Source: Narcine bancroftii (Eukaryota). From it: a DNA stretch of 64,000 nt. Where the stretch lies: contig NC_091473.1 of the NCBI RefSeq assembly GCF_036971445.1, positions 191,642,001 to 191,706,000 of the forward strand. Reading direction: 5' to 3'. Below, piece after piece: positions 48,110-60,750 of this stretch (positions are counted from its first letter, which is position 1; every line of letters starts with the position of its first letter). The translations under genes and the position numbers were made by a program. Under the pieces are notes generated by a model. It worked only from the letters and a program-made list of their open reading frames with translations, did not search any database and was not told the origin of the DNA.

Positions 48110-50065
48110 GAAACGGTCTAAGGCGAGCAAAGGGCAACCGTGACCGACAACGGAAGTCGAGGACAGTATCAAGACTTGGAAGAGGAAGTGAGGAGTGGGA
48201 AGCTCGAGGATTGGCAAAGCTTCAAAGAGCAACAGAAGGTAACGAAGAAAGCTACATGGGAAGAAAATGAGGTAAGAGGGTTAATTAGCCAATAATATAA
48301 AAGGGAATAGTAAAAGCTTCTTTAGGTATGTAAAGAGAAAAAAATTAGGACCAAAATTGGGTCCTTAAAAACAGAAAAGGACAAAATATTACAGGAAGCA
48401 AGGAAATGGCTGACGAGTTTAACAGATACTTTGGATCTGTCTTCACCAGGGAAGATATAGGTAAAGGTCAGACGGGGGTGGAAGTCCTGCCATATCGAAG
48501 GAATTAATAGAAATTCCAATGGTAATGGAGGAATTGATGGAAATGCAGATTCAGAAGCCTGTGGTCTTGAGTAAATTGGAAGGACTGAAGGCTGATAAGT
48601 CCCCAGGACCTGATGGACTGCATCCCAGGGTGCTTGAAATTGTGGACGCATTGGTCGACATTTTCCAGTGTTCTATAGATTCAGGAGAGGTGCCTGTAGA
48701 TTGGAAGGTGGCTAATGTGGTGCCACTTTTTAAGAAGGGAGGGAGGGAGGGAGAGAACGGGCAATTGCAGACTGACGTCAGTAGTGGGGAAGATATTTGA
48801 ATTATTATAAAAGATGAAATAACAGAACACAGACAGAAATAATAGTATCATTACCAGTTAGCATGGATTTCTGAAGGGAAAAGCTTGACTAATCTTCCGG
48901 GATATTTTGAGGAGGGTGGACATGGAAGAGCCAGTGGATGTGGCGTACTTGGACTTTTGGAAGGTTTTTGATAAGGTCCCCCACAGGAGATTAGTTGGCA
49001 AAATCAGAGAGCATAGTGTTGGGGGTAGGGTGCTGACGTGGGTAGAAAATTGGTTGACAGACAGGAAACAAAGAGTAAGGATTAACAGGTTACTTTTGGG
49101 ATGACAGGATGAGACAAGAGGGGACCCGCAAGGCTTGGTGCTGGGTCCTCAGTTGTTTATTAATGATTGAGATAAGGGGATTATAAATAACATTAACAAA
49201 TTTGCAAGTGACACAAAATTGGGTGGCAGTGTGAAGTGTGAGGAGGATGTTAGGAAAATGCAGGGGGACTTGGACAGGTTGGGTGAGTGGGCGGATGCAT
49301 GGAAGGGTGATGGAGCATAAACGGACTAACTGTTTTGTAAATGGGGAGAAAATTTAAATTTTCCAGGTGCAAGGGGAGTCCTCGAGCAGGAGAGACTGAA
49401 GGTAAACATGCGGGTTGAGTTGGTGGTGAAAGCGGCAAATGCAATGCTGGCGTTCACTTCAAGAGGAAAAGAATACAAGTGCATGGGTGTGATGTTGAGG
49501 CTTGAAAAGGCACTGGTGGTGAGACTTCACTCGGAGTATTGCAAGCAGTTTTGGGTCCCTCATTTAAGAGAGTATGTGATGACGTTGGAGAGGGTTCAGA
49601 GGAGGTTCTCAAGGATGATTCTCGGAATGAAAGGATCATTTGAGGAGCGTTTGACAATTCTTGGCCTGTACTCGTTGGAATTTGGAATGGAGATATTATT
49701 GAAACATTTCCAATGTTGAACTGCATGGATGAAGCAGATGTAGAAAGGTTGGTTCCCATGGTGGTACAGTCTCGGACAAGAGGACACAACTTCTGGATTG
49801 TAGGGTTTCCGCTTAGATGTCAAGGAATTTCTTCAGCCAGAGGGCGGTGAATCTGCGGAATTTGTTGCCACAGGGAGTTGTGGAGGACAGTTCATTGAGT
49901 GTTTTTAAGGCAGAGATTGATAGGTTCTTGATTAGCCAAGGGCATCAAAGGTTATGTGAAGGCTAGGCAGTGGGGCCAAGTGAGAACATGGATCAGCTCA
50001 TGATTGAATGGCAGGGCACACCTGGATAGGCTGAATGGCGTATTTCCGCTCCTGTCCTCTGGTCT
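48110..50065 (+). mobile_element. Degenerate CR1 LINE
   Basis: LKADKSPGPDGLHPRVL, DWKVANVVPLFKKG, YLDFWKVFDKVPH, LERVQRRFSRMI. Confidence 0.92.
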
Positions 50066-51974
50066 TGCACATGTTCTGTTGCAGCCTGGGTGGCTTCTTG
50101 GACAAGCATCAATTTGATGGGTCGAATAGCATCATGTTTGATACCATTGATGCACCATGTAACCAGAGTGCCCAGACCATAGAAACAGAAGGCCACTGTG
50201 AAGTTCACCATGTTCTGGCAGCTGAATGCTTATCAGTAAAAGAAGGAAGGCTGCGAGTCAGTGGAAACAGGGTCAGAACTCCAACAAACTTTTATTATCA
50301 TTTGCCTTTCCAGTGCAATTTCCAAAAATACCGAGTGAAGAAAAAACAGGGGAAAATAATTGCTTCTGGGCCATCCACGAGTCCCCTTGCGAATCCCAGA
50401 CTACTCCCAGTCGACAAGTGGAATATGATGTTGGGTGTCTGTGTGCCCGAGGCACTGACCCTCCTTGGTATCTTGCCCAAAGGCTCTATTGCAGGACAGC
50501 TACCAACCTGGGCACAGACTCCGGAAAGGAGTTACTGGACGATGAGAGAGAAAAATGGGGAAGAGATGGAAGGTCCTGGGACTAGAAGTTCACAGGAGAA
50601 AACGAGAAGCAGAAAATAAAAGAGGGAGGGTGTGAGAAACAGAGATGACATTCAACTCTCCACCCTTCCTGTCCAATGGGCAGGATCAGTCAGGTCAAAC
50701 TGCAAGGATGCTGGAGGAGCTCAGTCTGAAAAGCGAAAGATACATTACTGATGTTTTGGGCCCTAGTCCTTCCTCAAGGTTCAAATTCAAAAAAAATAGG
50801 TGCCTGAATTAAAGGCTGGGGAAAGAAAGGGAGGGGAAGGAGTCCACGGTCATCAGGTGCTAATTGGATATGATGAGAGAAAAGGTTTCAATTCCTTGCC
50901 CCATGCCATGGTCTCGTGCACTGGCCAGACTGAGACCACCTGCAAATTGAAGGAACGACACCTCAACTTCCGTCTGGGCACCCTCCAACTGGATGGCGTT
51001 AACATTGACTTCTCTGGTTTCTGTTTCACAGAACAAAAATCAATTCTCACCTTTCCTGTTGTCTTACCATATCCCTTGTTGCTTTGGACTCCTCCCTCTC
51101 CCAATCATGCCATTTTCTTTCCTCAGTCTTTCATTCAGACTCACACCTCGAGGAAAGGTTCAAGCCCGAAATGTCGATCACATATCTTTACCGCCTGTGG
51201 TCCCGGTGAGACTACCTGAGCTCCTCCAACATCTGTGTTTTGATTACAATCAACTTTTGAGTTTCACCCCATCTGGTGGCCGTGGATGGAAGGGTGGTGA
51301 AGCAGTTAACTCAAGAGATGAGCTTGGGAGAGGACCAGATTTCCAAAAGTAAATGAGCTTTGTGAACCTAGCGAATGCAAAACAATCCCAATGGGTTTAA
51401 AAAAAAACCCGTGGGAGTCAAACCCTTCCGGGGAAGCAGGCAACAAATTGTTGGAGAACCTTGGCAGCTCAGGCAGTGCCTGTGGAGGCAAAGGGGTGGT
51501 CTTTGTGTCAGGCTGAGACCCCACATCAGGACAGAGGGCAAGGGGAGAGAGCCAGCATTAGGGGGCGATAGGGAAGGATGTTCAGCCCAGAACAGCGACT
51601 ATCCCTTTCCCTACAGATGCCGCCCTACCCTCCGACTTCCTCCAGCAGTTTTTTTTCCCCCAATTCCAGCATCTACAGTCTCGTGTCTCCTTCGAGAGAA
51701 GGATGTTAGTGTGTGCACAGGTGCATATACTCCTTCTCACCTAAACGTGTGGGCATACAACCCTGCAGTCAGCACCCACCTGCCTCGTGAGGCTCTGCTT
51801 GAAGAGTTTAAAGCTTTTTAAACAAACAATTTAAAAAAATAAACTCAACGCCATTCCTCTCTGAACCGTACATTCAAGTGTTAACGTGGCGATGCAAGGT
51901 CTCTCCTGCCAGCTCCGTACCACTCCTGTGAGGAACAAAAGGCAGTTACAGGAAAGCATGCCTCTGACGTCCTT

Positions 51975-52470
51975 GTCACCAGTCCCCTCACTCATTCAGT
52001 GGGTCCACATCACCCCTGGCTTCACCCACCAGGTCCCCATCACCTCTCCCCTCACTCATCCAGTGGGTCCCCATCATCTCTGTCCTCACTCACCAGGTCC
52101 CTGAAACCCCTCCCCTCATTGACTCACACAGTCCCTGTCACCTCTCCCCTCACAGATCACCCTCCCCTCATTGACCCACGAGGTCCCTTGTCACCTCTCC
52201 CTTCATTGACCCACACAGTCCCTGTCACCCTTCCCCTCAATGACCCAAGCAGTCCCTGTCACCCCTCCCCTCATTGATCCATGAGGTCCCCATCACCCCT
52301 CTCCTCACCCACCCAGCCCCCTTTTAACCTCCCCTCACAGATCCACTATGTCCCCATCACCCCTCTCCCTCACTGACCCACTGGGTTCCCATCACCCTAC
52401 CCTCACCCTTTGGGTCCCCACCAACCCTCCTCTCACTGACCCACCGGGTCTCCCTCACCCTTCCCCTCAT
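51975..52470. repeat. Degenerate ~32-34 bp C-rich minisatellite
   Basis: Repeated cctcactgacccac..ggtccccatcacccctctc units. Confidence 0.8.
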
Positions 52471-53289
52471 TGCCCAGTGAGGGCAGCGAGTCAGACAGCA
52501 ATGGGGAAAGGTGATCTAGAGAAGAGGAAAACCGAGGGATGGAGAGCTCACACGAGATGGAGAGATACCTCGGAGCGAGTGGTTCTGCAGTCCTAGAAAA
52601 CCTCATCCTTGACCACTTCAGTGCTGGTGCAGACGGAGGGCTCTGGAACAGATCAAAACCACACACAGCATGAATGTGATCTGCGGCAGGGTTTATGGGG
52701 AAAGGGCAGGGGGAATGGATCCAGATCAGCCATGATCTTATTGAATGGCAGTCCAGTTGGCCGATTCCTTCTCCTATGTCTTTCACCTTTCCTAATAGTG
52801 GCAAACAGTACTCCAATGCTGTAAAAGATTCCACCATTAATCCATAAGACATAGGAGCTGGATGCGGCACTCAGCCCATTGAGTCTGCTTCACCATTCGA
52901 ATGGTGGCTGTTGTATTTTTCTTCTCGACTCCGTTCTTTTGTCCTCTCCCCATAGCCTCTGACACCCTTACTACTGAAGAACTGATCCTTCTCCCCGGTT
53001 CTGCATGGGTTTCTTCCCACTCTTCAAAATGCACCAGGGTTAATTGGGGTACTTGGGTGGCATGAGCTCGTGAGCTGGAAGGGTCTGTAAACTGTATACC
53101 CAATGACTTGGCCTCCACAGCCATCTGTGACAATGAACTCACCATCCTCTGGCTGAAGACATTTCTCATCTCTGTTCTAAAGGGACACCCTTTGACACTG
53201 AGGCTGTGCCCTCTGGTCCTGGACTCTCCCACCATTGGAAAGGTCTTCTCCATGCCCACTCGATCCAGCCCTTTCAGCATTCAGTAGGA

Positions 53290-53966
53290 ATCCCTAGGGT
53301 TCATGACAGGCAACAGAATTCCATTCAAAACACACCACCACTCCTTGCCTCCTATTCGCCAAGCCAATTTTGGGAGAGTCGGTTACAGCAGCCTGCCAGA
53401 GAACCTAGTCGGAAGTTGCATCGCCTGCCAATCAAGGTTGGACTCCACCCACCCATTACTGCGCACCCGACTAGTGGCCCCTTTAATCACCTAGTGATTT
53501 ACTGGAGCCAGACCCTTCATCTTATTGTACTCTAATGTCCACCACCTGGAGCAGCTCTTCCTCTTTGCTCTTTGGCCCTGAGACGGTCCAGGTCATGAAC
53601 TGTGGTCAGCGCTGGAGGAGTCGTTGGTAAGGTGTGCACTACATAGGGTGGGGCTGTTGTATATTGTTGTAGATAGCATCTGAGCCGTGCCTATGCAAGA
53701 CAGGGAATGGTGGGTAGTCCCTGGTTGTGATACATCTGTATAAATGGTTCCTAGTATTGGTAATCGTTGTATCCGATGTGACTGGGCTGTACTGTGCTTG
53801 TATGAGTGTAAGCAGTTGCTAATATCAGTAGTACGAGTCCAATGTGATCAATTACACTGTGTTGCGTGATTGATAGTACTAGTATGTTATCCCTGTAGCG
53901 ATCCCCTCACGTCTCAATAAAGACCATTCATGTGATCAACCAAATTGTTGCTCTTTAAACCCATCA
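53290..53966 (+). mobile_element. Possible Gypsy 3' remnant with polypurine tract and LTR (~53655-53966)
   Basis: agggtgggg immediately before TGTTG; TATAAA and AATAAA inside; ends CATCA; no TSD seen. Confidence 0.4.
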
Positions 53967-55019
53967 AACTTTTTCCCCTTCCCACGCAACAGACGGTCTC
54001 TCAGAATGTGATTAGCCTCACATTATTCAAGTTGTGTAGGATCGATTCTTCAGTAGTAAGGGTGTCAGAGGCTATGGGGAGAGGACAAAAGAACGGAGTC
54101 GTGAAGAAAAATACAGCAGCCACCATTCGAATGGTGGAGCAGACTCAATGGGCTGAGTGCCGCATCCAGCTCCTGTGTCTTATGGATTGGTGGTGGAATC
54201 TTTAAAGCACTGGTCATGTAGTAAAGACAATGCAATGTTACACGGAATTTGTCTTTACCACTGGCAGAAATTACCTGAAGCACCTTACAGTCTAAGAAAG
54301 ACCCCTGCACACCCCCCCACCTCCCCGGTTGTCCGTGGATTCGCCTCCAGCGCTCCCACAGGCTCACAGAGTCCAAACTATTGGCAATACCAGCTCCAGA
54401 TCCAAACCGCTGACACAATCAGGAACCCTTCTCACATCCCAGTTCCGACACCTGGAACCCCCTTCAGCCAGACTTAAGCCAGTCTCTAGCAGTCCGCGAG
54501 TGAATCCCTAGGATGCAGTGGCCAGCAGCCAGCAGCCCACAGCCTGTGGGTTCTGACCTTGTGTTCCTTCAGTCCTAGAACCTCTCACTGTGGTCACCAT
54601 CCTGCGAGTCATCTCCTCTGCTTCTCCTCAGACAGGGTGGGGGTGGGTGGGGTGGGGGGTGATCTCCCAGGGTCCTGCGTCTGTCCTCTGCTTCACTGGA
54701 GTCTCCAACCCCTCGTGGTTGCTGATCACAGGTGCCACTACCTTGGGCACAGTCCCTGCAGTCGTAGATTTTTAAAAATAAAACTACCATCAGCTCCATG
54801 TACAGGGCATTTAAAGACTGTGTGGAGCTGACAGTCAGATTGAATGGTTGGACCTCACAGGAGTGCTGTCTCTCTGCGTCTGCACCGGGACCAGCGTTGC
54901 CGTTAGAGCATTACTGGCAGCGCCACTGTCTTGGACGGATTATGCATGTTCCTGAAAGACCAAGGACTGAGAAGAACAGAGAATGTTCGCTCCTGGCTTA
55001 GTCAGGATAGATGCAGGCA

Positions 55020-55775
55020 GGTTATAAAAGCAGCTCACATGTACAGATGCTGTGCATTACGTTGATATAGATTGAAAGCATGCTGATACACATGTTCTTC
55101 AGGCAATAGCATAGTGAGTGTAAGCCTATGAGCTCTATTTCAGTTGTAAAATTGGTGACCAAGATAAACACTTGACAATGAAAATTTTGCTTCCTGTACA
55201 ATTTTGGGTGTATTTTATAGATTCTGGGCTGCGGATCACGAAAATAAACTTTAAAATTTCCTATCATAAACAGTTTTTTAAAAATATAACTTTAAGTGAT
55301 TTCCTGTCATATTTTGCCCACTTCAAGTGTACAAAACCATGAAATTCAACTCATCATGAAAATTCATTTTATATATTTGCACTTGGACGTCTTCCCCACT
55401 GATCTTGGTGCAATCAGTAACAAACATGGTGCAAGGTTTCACCAAGACACTGTGACCATGGAAAAGCAGTATCAGGGCAACTGGAATCCATCAGTGCCGG
55501 CCGACTATTGTTGGACACTGACATGAGAGGCTGAGTACAAACAAGAATGAGCAGCAAAACATTTTTAGGTCGGTCGAACTAACGCAATGTGTCAGAATCA
55601 TTATGAGATTGAACAGGCTAAATTCAATAAAATTTAATTTAATGTTTCTCCAACTTCCTACGTGATACAGCAAATCTGAAATTATCTTTGTGTTCAGGTT
55701 GAAGTTGTCTTTCATAATCCCAAATTTTTTTATTCAGGAAGCAAACTTTTTGTAAAAAAAAATTGTTGTCCAGTG
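55020..55775 (+). mobile_element. Chapaev3-like non-autonomous element with right terminus
   Basis: MKIHFIYLHLDVFPTDLGAISNKHGARFHQD..MEKQYQGNW..ADYCWTL; ends aattgttgtcCAGTG (reverse complement CACTG). Confidence 0.75.
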
Positions 55776-55843
55776 TAATCCCCACAGAAACCTACTGAAA
55801 AGGGGAGTGGGTTTGAGGGGTTAAATTATATTTTAAGAGGTAC

Positions 55844-55940
55844 CTGAGTGATTCTGACAAGAAATAGCTGGCTGTGGATTTAGGCTTCCTGTAGTCGCTT
55901 CAGAATCCAGGGGTCCATCCACTCTGCCAGTAATGTCATT
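55844..55940 (-). CDS. TDRKH: Next TDRKH C-terminal exon
   Basis: Acceptor catttctttgctttag|AAT, donor G|gtacct, 97 nt, phase 0 to 1, in phase with the 62395-62514 exon. NDITGRVDGPLDSEATTGSLNPQPAISCQNHS ends like the TDRKH segment LSCLSLS. Confidence 0.62.
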
Positions 55941-56286
55941 CTAAAGCAAAGAAATGACCATCAGTGAAACACAAAAATCTGCAGACGCTGTGATTGTTAG
56001 TCAAAATACAGAAATACTGGAGGAGCTCAGTCGGTTTCGCAGCATCCGTAGGAGGTAAAGACATATTTCCGATGCTTCAGGCCCTTCCTTGAGGTATGTG
56101 AAGAAACACGGAATCTGAATTAAAGACAAGGGGAAGAATGAGACAGGAAGGAGTGGGGTGGGGTGGGGATAAAGAGTCCAGACCGACAAAAGCTATTAAT
56201 TGGATATGAAAAGAGGAGAGGTGAGATTGAATTTGGCTCTGTGAAAACAGATGATGGGCGATGGAGGTTGGGGGGGGGGGGTCGGT

Positions 56287-56289
<3 letters not shown>

Positions 56290-56322
<33 letters not shown>

Positions 56323-59300
56323 GCAGAGAGAGAGAGTGGAAAGGAGAGAGAGTGAGTGGAAAGGAGAGAGAGTGAGTGGAAAGGAGAGAGAGTGAGTGGA
56401 AAGGAGAGAGAGTGAGAGGAAAGGAGAGAGAGTGAGAGGAAAGGAGAGAGAGTGAGTGGAAAGGAGAGAGAGAGTGGAAAGGAGAGAGAGAGTGGAAAGG
56501 AGAGAGAGAGTGGAAAGGAGAGAGAGAGTGGAAAGGAGAGAGAGAGTGGAAAGGAGAGAGAGAGTGGAAAGGAGAGAGAGAGTGGAAAGGAGAGAGAGAG
56601 TGGAAAGGAGAGAGAGAGTGGAAAGGAGAGAGAGAGTGGAAAGGAGAGAGAGAGTGGAAAGGAGAGAGAGAGTGGAAAGGATACAGAGAGAGAGTGGAAA
56701 GGAGACAGGGAGAGAGTGGAAAGGAGACAGGGAGAGAGAGAGTGGAAAGGAGACAGGGAGAGAGAGTGGAAAGGAGACAGGGAGAGAGAGAGGAAAAGAA
56801 ATGGGAGAGAGAGAGAGAGAGGAAAGGAGATGGGAGAGATAGTGCAAAGGAGACGGAGAGAGAGAGAGTGGAAAGGAGACAGGGAGAGAGAGTGGAAAGG
56901 AGACAGGGAGAGAGAGTGGAAAGGAGACAGGGAGAGAGAGAGTGTGGAAAGGAGACAGGGAGAGAGAGAGAGTGGAAAGGTGACAGGGAGAGAGTGTGGA
57001 AAGGTGACAGGGAGAGAGAGTGGAAAGGTGACAGGGAGAGAGAGTGGAAAGGTGACAGGGAGAGAGAGTGGAAAGGTGACAGGGAGAGAGAGTGGAAAGG
57101 TGACAGGGAGAGAGAGTGGAAAGGAGACAGGGAGAGAGAGTGTGTGGAAAGGAGACAGGGAGAGAGAGAGAGTGGAAAGGAGATGGGAGAGATAGTGGAA
57201 AGGAGACAGGGAGAGAGAGAGTGGAAAGGAGACAGGGAGAGAGAGAGTGGAAAGGAGACAGGGAGAGAGAGAGTGGAAAGGAGACAGGGAGAGAGAGAGT
57301 GGAAAGGAGACAGGGAGAGAGAGAGTGGAAAGGAGACAGGGAGAGAGAGAGTGGAAAGGAGACAGGGAGAGAGAGAGTGGAAAGGAGACAGGGAGGGAGA
57401 GAGTGGAAAGGAGACAGGGAGGGAAGAGTGGAAAGGAGACAGGGAGGGAGAGAGAGTGGAAAGGAGACAGGGAGGGAGAGAGAGTGGAAAGGAGACAGGG
57501 AGAGAGTGTGTGGAAAGGAGACAGGGAGAGAGAGAGAGTGGAAAGGAGATGGGAGAGATAGTGGAAAGGAGACAGGGAGAGAGAGAGAGTGGAAAGGAGA
57601 CAGGGAGAGAGAGAGTGGAAAGGTGACAGGGAGAGAGAGATGGAAAGGTGACAGGGAGAGAGAGTGGAAAGGTGACAGGGAGAGAGAGATAGGAAAGGTG
57701 ACAGGGAGAGAGAGTGGAAAGGTGACAGGGAGAGAGAGTGGAAAGGTGACAGGGAGAGAGAGAATGGAAAGGTGACAGGGAGAGAGAGAGTGGAAAGGTG
57801 ACAGGGAGAGAGAGAGTGGAAAGGTGACAGGGAGAGAGAGAGTGGAAAGGTGACAGGGAGAGAGAGAGTGGAAAGGTGACAGGGAGAGAGAGAGTGGAAA
57901 GGTGACAGGGAGAGAGAGAGTGGAAAGGTGACAGGGATAGAGAGTGGAAAGGTGACAGGCAGAGAGAGTGGAAAGGTGACAGGGAGAGAGAGTGGAAAGG
58001 TGACAGGGAGAGAGAGTGGAAAGGTGACAGGGAGAGAGAGTGGAAAGGTGACAGGGAGAGAGAGTGGAAAGGTGACAGGGAGAGAGAGTGGAAAGGTGAC
58101 AGGGAGAGAGAGTGGAAAGGTGACAGGGAGAGAGAGTGGAAAGGTGACAGGGAGAGAGAGTGGAAAGGTGACAGGGAGAGAGAGTGGAAAGGTGACAGGG
58201 AGAGAGAGTGGAAAGGTGACAGGGAGAGAGAGTGGAAAGGTGACAGGGAGAGAGAGTGGAAAGGTGACAGGGAGAGAGAGTGGAAAGGTGACAGGGAGAG
58301 AAAGTGGAAAGGAGAAGGGAGAGATAGTGGAAAGGAGACAGGGAAAGAGAGAGTGGAAAGGAGACAGGTTGAGAGAGAGTGGAAAGGAGACAGGGAGAGA
58401 GAGTGGAAAGGAGACAGGGAGAGAGAGTGGAAAGGAGACAGGGAGAGAGAGAGTGGAAAGGAGACAGGGAGAGAGAGTGGAAAGGAGAATGGAGGGATAG
58501 TGGAAAGGAGATGGGAGAGAGATATATAGTGGAAAGAAAATGGGGAGAGAGAGAGAGAGTTAGTGGAAAGGAGAGAGAGAGTGGAAAGGAGAGAGAGAGT
58601 GGAAAGGAGACAGAGAGAGGGAGAGAGTGGAAAGGAGACAGGGAGAGAGAGTGGAAAGGAGACAGGGAGAGAGAGAGTGGAAAGGAGACAGGGAGAGAGA
58701 GAGTGGAAAGGAGACAGGGAGAGAGAGAGTGGAAAGGAGACAGGGAGAGAGAGAGTGGAAAGGAGACAGGGAGAGAGAGAGTGGAAAGGAGACAGGGAGA
58801 GAGAGTGGAAAGGAGACAGGGAGAGAGTGGAAAGGAGACAGGGAGAGAGAGAGTGGAAAGGAGAAGGGAGGGATAGTGGAAAGGAGACAGGGAGAGAGAG
58901 AGTGGAAAGGAGAGGGAGAGGGAGAGTGGAAAGGAGAAAGGGAGAGGGAGAGTGGAAAGGAGAAATGGAGAGGGAGAGTGGAAAGGAGACAGGGAGAGAG
59001 AGAGTGGAAAGGAGACAGGGAGAGAGAGAGGAAAGGAGATGGGAGAGAGAGAGAGGAAAGGAGATGGGAGAGAGTGGAAAGGAGACAGGTTGAGAGAGAA
59101 TGGAAAGGAGACAGGGAGAGAGAGTGGAAAGGAGACAGGGAGAGAGAGTGGAAAGGAGACAGAGAGAGAGAGTGGAAAGGAGACAGGGAGAGAGAGAGAG
59201 TGGAAAGGTGACAGGGAGAGAGTGTGGAAAGGTGACAGGGAGAGAGAGTGGAAAGGTGACAGGGAGAGAGTGTGGAAAGGTGACAGGGAGAGAGAGTGGA

Positions 59301-60750
59301 AAGGAGACAGGGAGAGAGAGTGTGTGGAAAGGAGACAGGGAGAGAGAGAGTGGAAAGGAGATGGGAGATATAGTGGAAAGGAGACAGGGAGAGAGAGAGT
59401 GGAAAGGAGAGGGAGAGAGAGAGAGTGGAAAGGAGACAGGGAGAGAGAGAGAGAGTGGAAAGGAGATGGGAGAGAGAGTGGAAAGGAGACAGGGAGAGTG
59501 TGGAAAGGTGACAGGGAGAGAGAGAGTGGAAAGGTGACAGGGAGAGAGAGAGTGGAAAGGTGACAGGGAGAGAGAGAGTGGAAAGGTGACAGGGAGAGAG
59601 AGTGGAAAGGTGACAGGGAGAGAGAGTGGAAAGGTGACAGGGAGAGAGAGTGGAAAGGTGACAGGGAGAGAGAGAGTGGAAAGGTGACAGGGAGAGAGAG
59701 AGTGGAAAGGTGACAGGTAGAGAGAGAGTGGAAAGGTGACAGGTAGAGAGAGAGTGGAAAGGTGACAGGGAGAGAGAGAGTGGAAAGGTGACAGGGAGAG
59801 AGAGTGGAAAGGTGACAGGGAGAGAGAGAGAGTGGAAAGGTGACAGGGAGAGAGAGAGTGGAAAGGTGACAGGGAGAGAGAGAGTGGAAAGGTGACAGGG
59901 AGAGAGAGAGTGGAAAGGTGACAGGGAGAGAGAGAGTGGAAAGGTGACAGGGAGAGAGAGAGTGGAAAGGTGACAGGGAGAGAGAGAGTGGAAAGGTGAC
60001 AGGGAGAGAGAGTGGAAAAGTGACAGGGAGAGAGAGAGTGGAAAGGTGACAGGGAGAGAGTGTGGAAAGGTGACAGGGAGAGAGTGTGGAAAGGTGACAG
60101 GGAGAGAGAGTGGAAAGGTGACAGGGAGAGAGAGTGGAAAGGTGACAGGGAGAGAGAGAGTGGAAAGGTGACAGGGAGAGAGAGAGTGGAAAGGTGACAG
60201 GGAGAGAGAGTGGAAAGGTGACAGGGAGAGAGAGTGGAAAAGTGACAGGGAGAGAGAGTGGAAAAGTGACAGGGAGAGAGAGTGGAAAGGTGACAGGGAG
60301 AGAGAGTGGAAAGGTGACAGGGAGAGAGAGTGGAAAGGTGACAGGGAGAGAAAGTGGAAAGGAGAAGGGAGAGATAGTGGAAAGGAGATGGGAGAGAGAG
60401 AGTGGAAAGGAGACAGGTTGAGAGAGAGTGGAAAGGATACAGGGAGAGAGAGAGTGGAAAGTAGACAGAGAGAGAGAGTGGAAAGGAGACAGGGAGAGAG
60501 AGTGGAAAGGAGACAGGGAGAGAGAGTGGAAAGGAGACAGGGAGAGAGAGTGGAAAGGAGACAGGGAGAGAGAGTGGAAAGGAGACAGGGAGAGAGAGTG
60601 GAAAGGAGACAGGGAGAGAGAGTGGAAAGGAGACAGGGAGAGAGAGAGTGGAAAGGAGAAGGGAGGGATAGTGGAAAGGAGATGGGAGAGAGATATATAG
60701 TGGAAAGAAAATGGGGAGAGAGAGAGAGAGAGATAGTGGAAAGGAGAGAG
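56290..60750. repeat. 4.5 kb purine-rich satellite (AG)nTGGAAAGG(A/T)GACAGGG, 16-27 bp units, in a TDRKH intron
   Basis: Directly visible; accounts for the spurious long ORFs here. Confidence 0.97.

Noticed and set aside
50035-50619. 194-aa plus-strand ORF
   Set aside because: Starts in a CR1 tail, no recognisable domain; may be antisense to the TDRKH 3' region.
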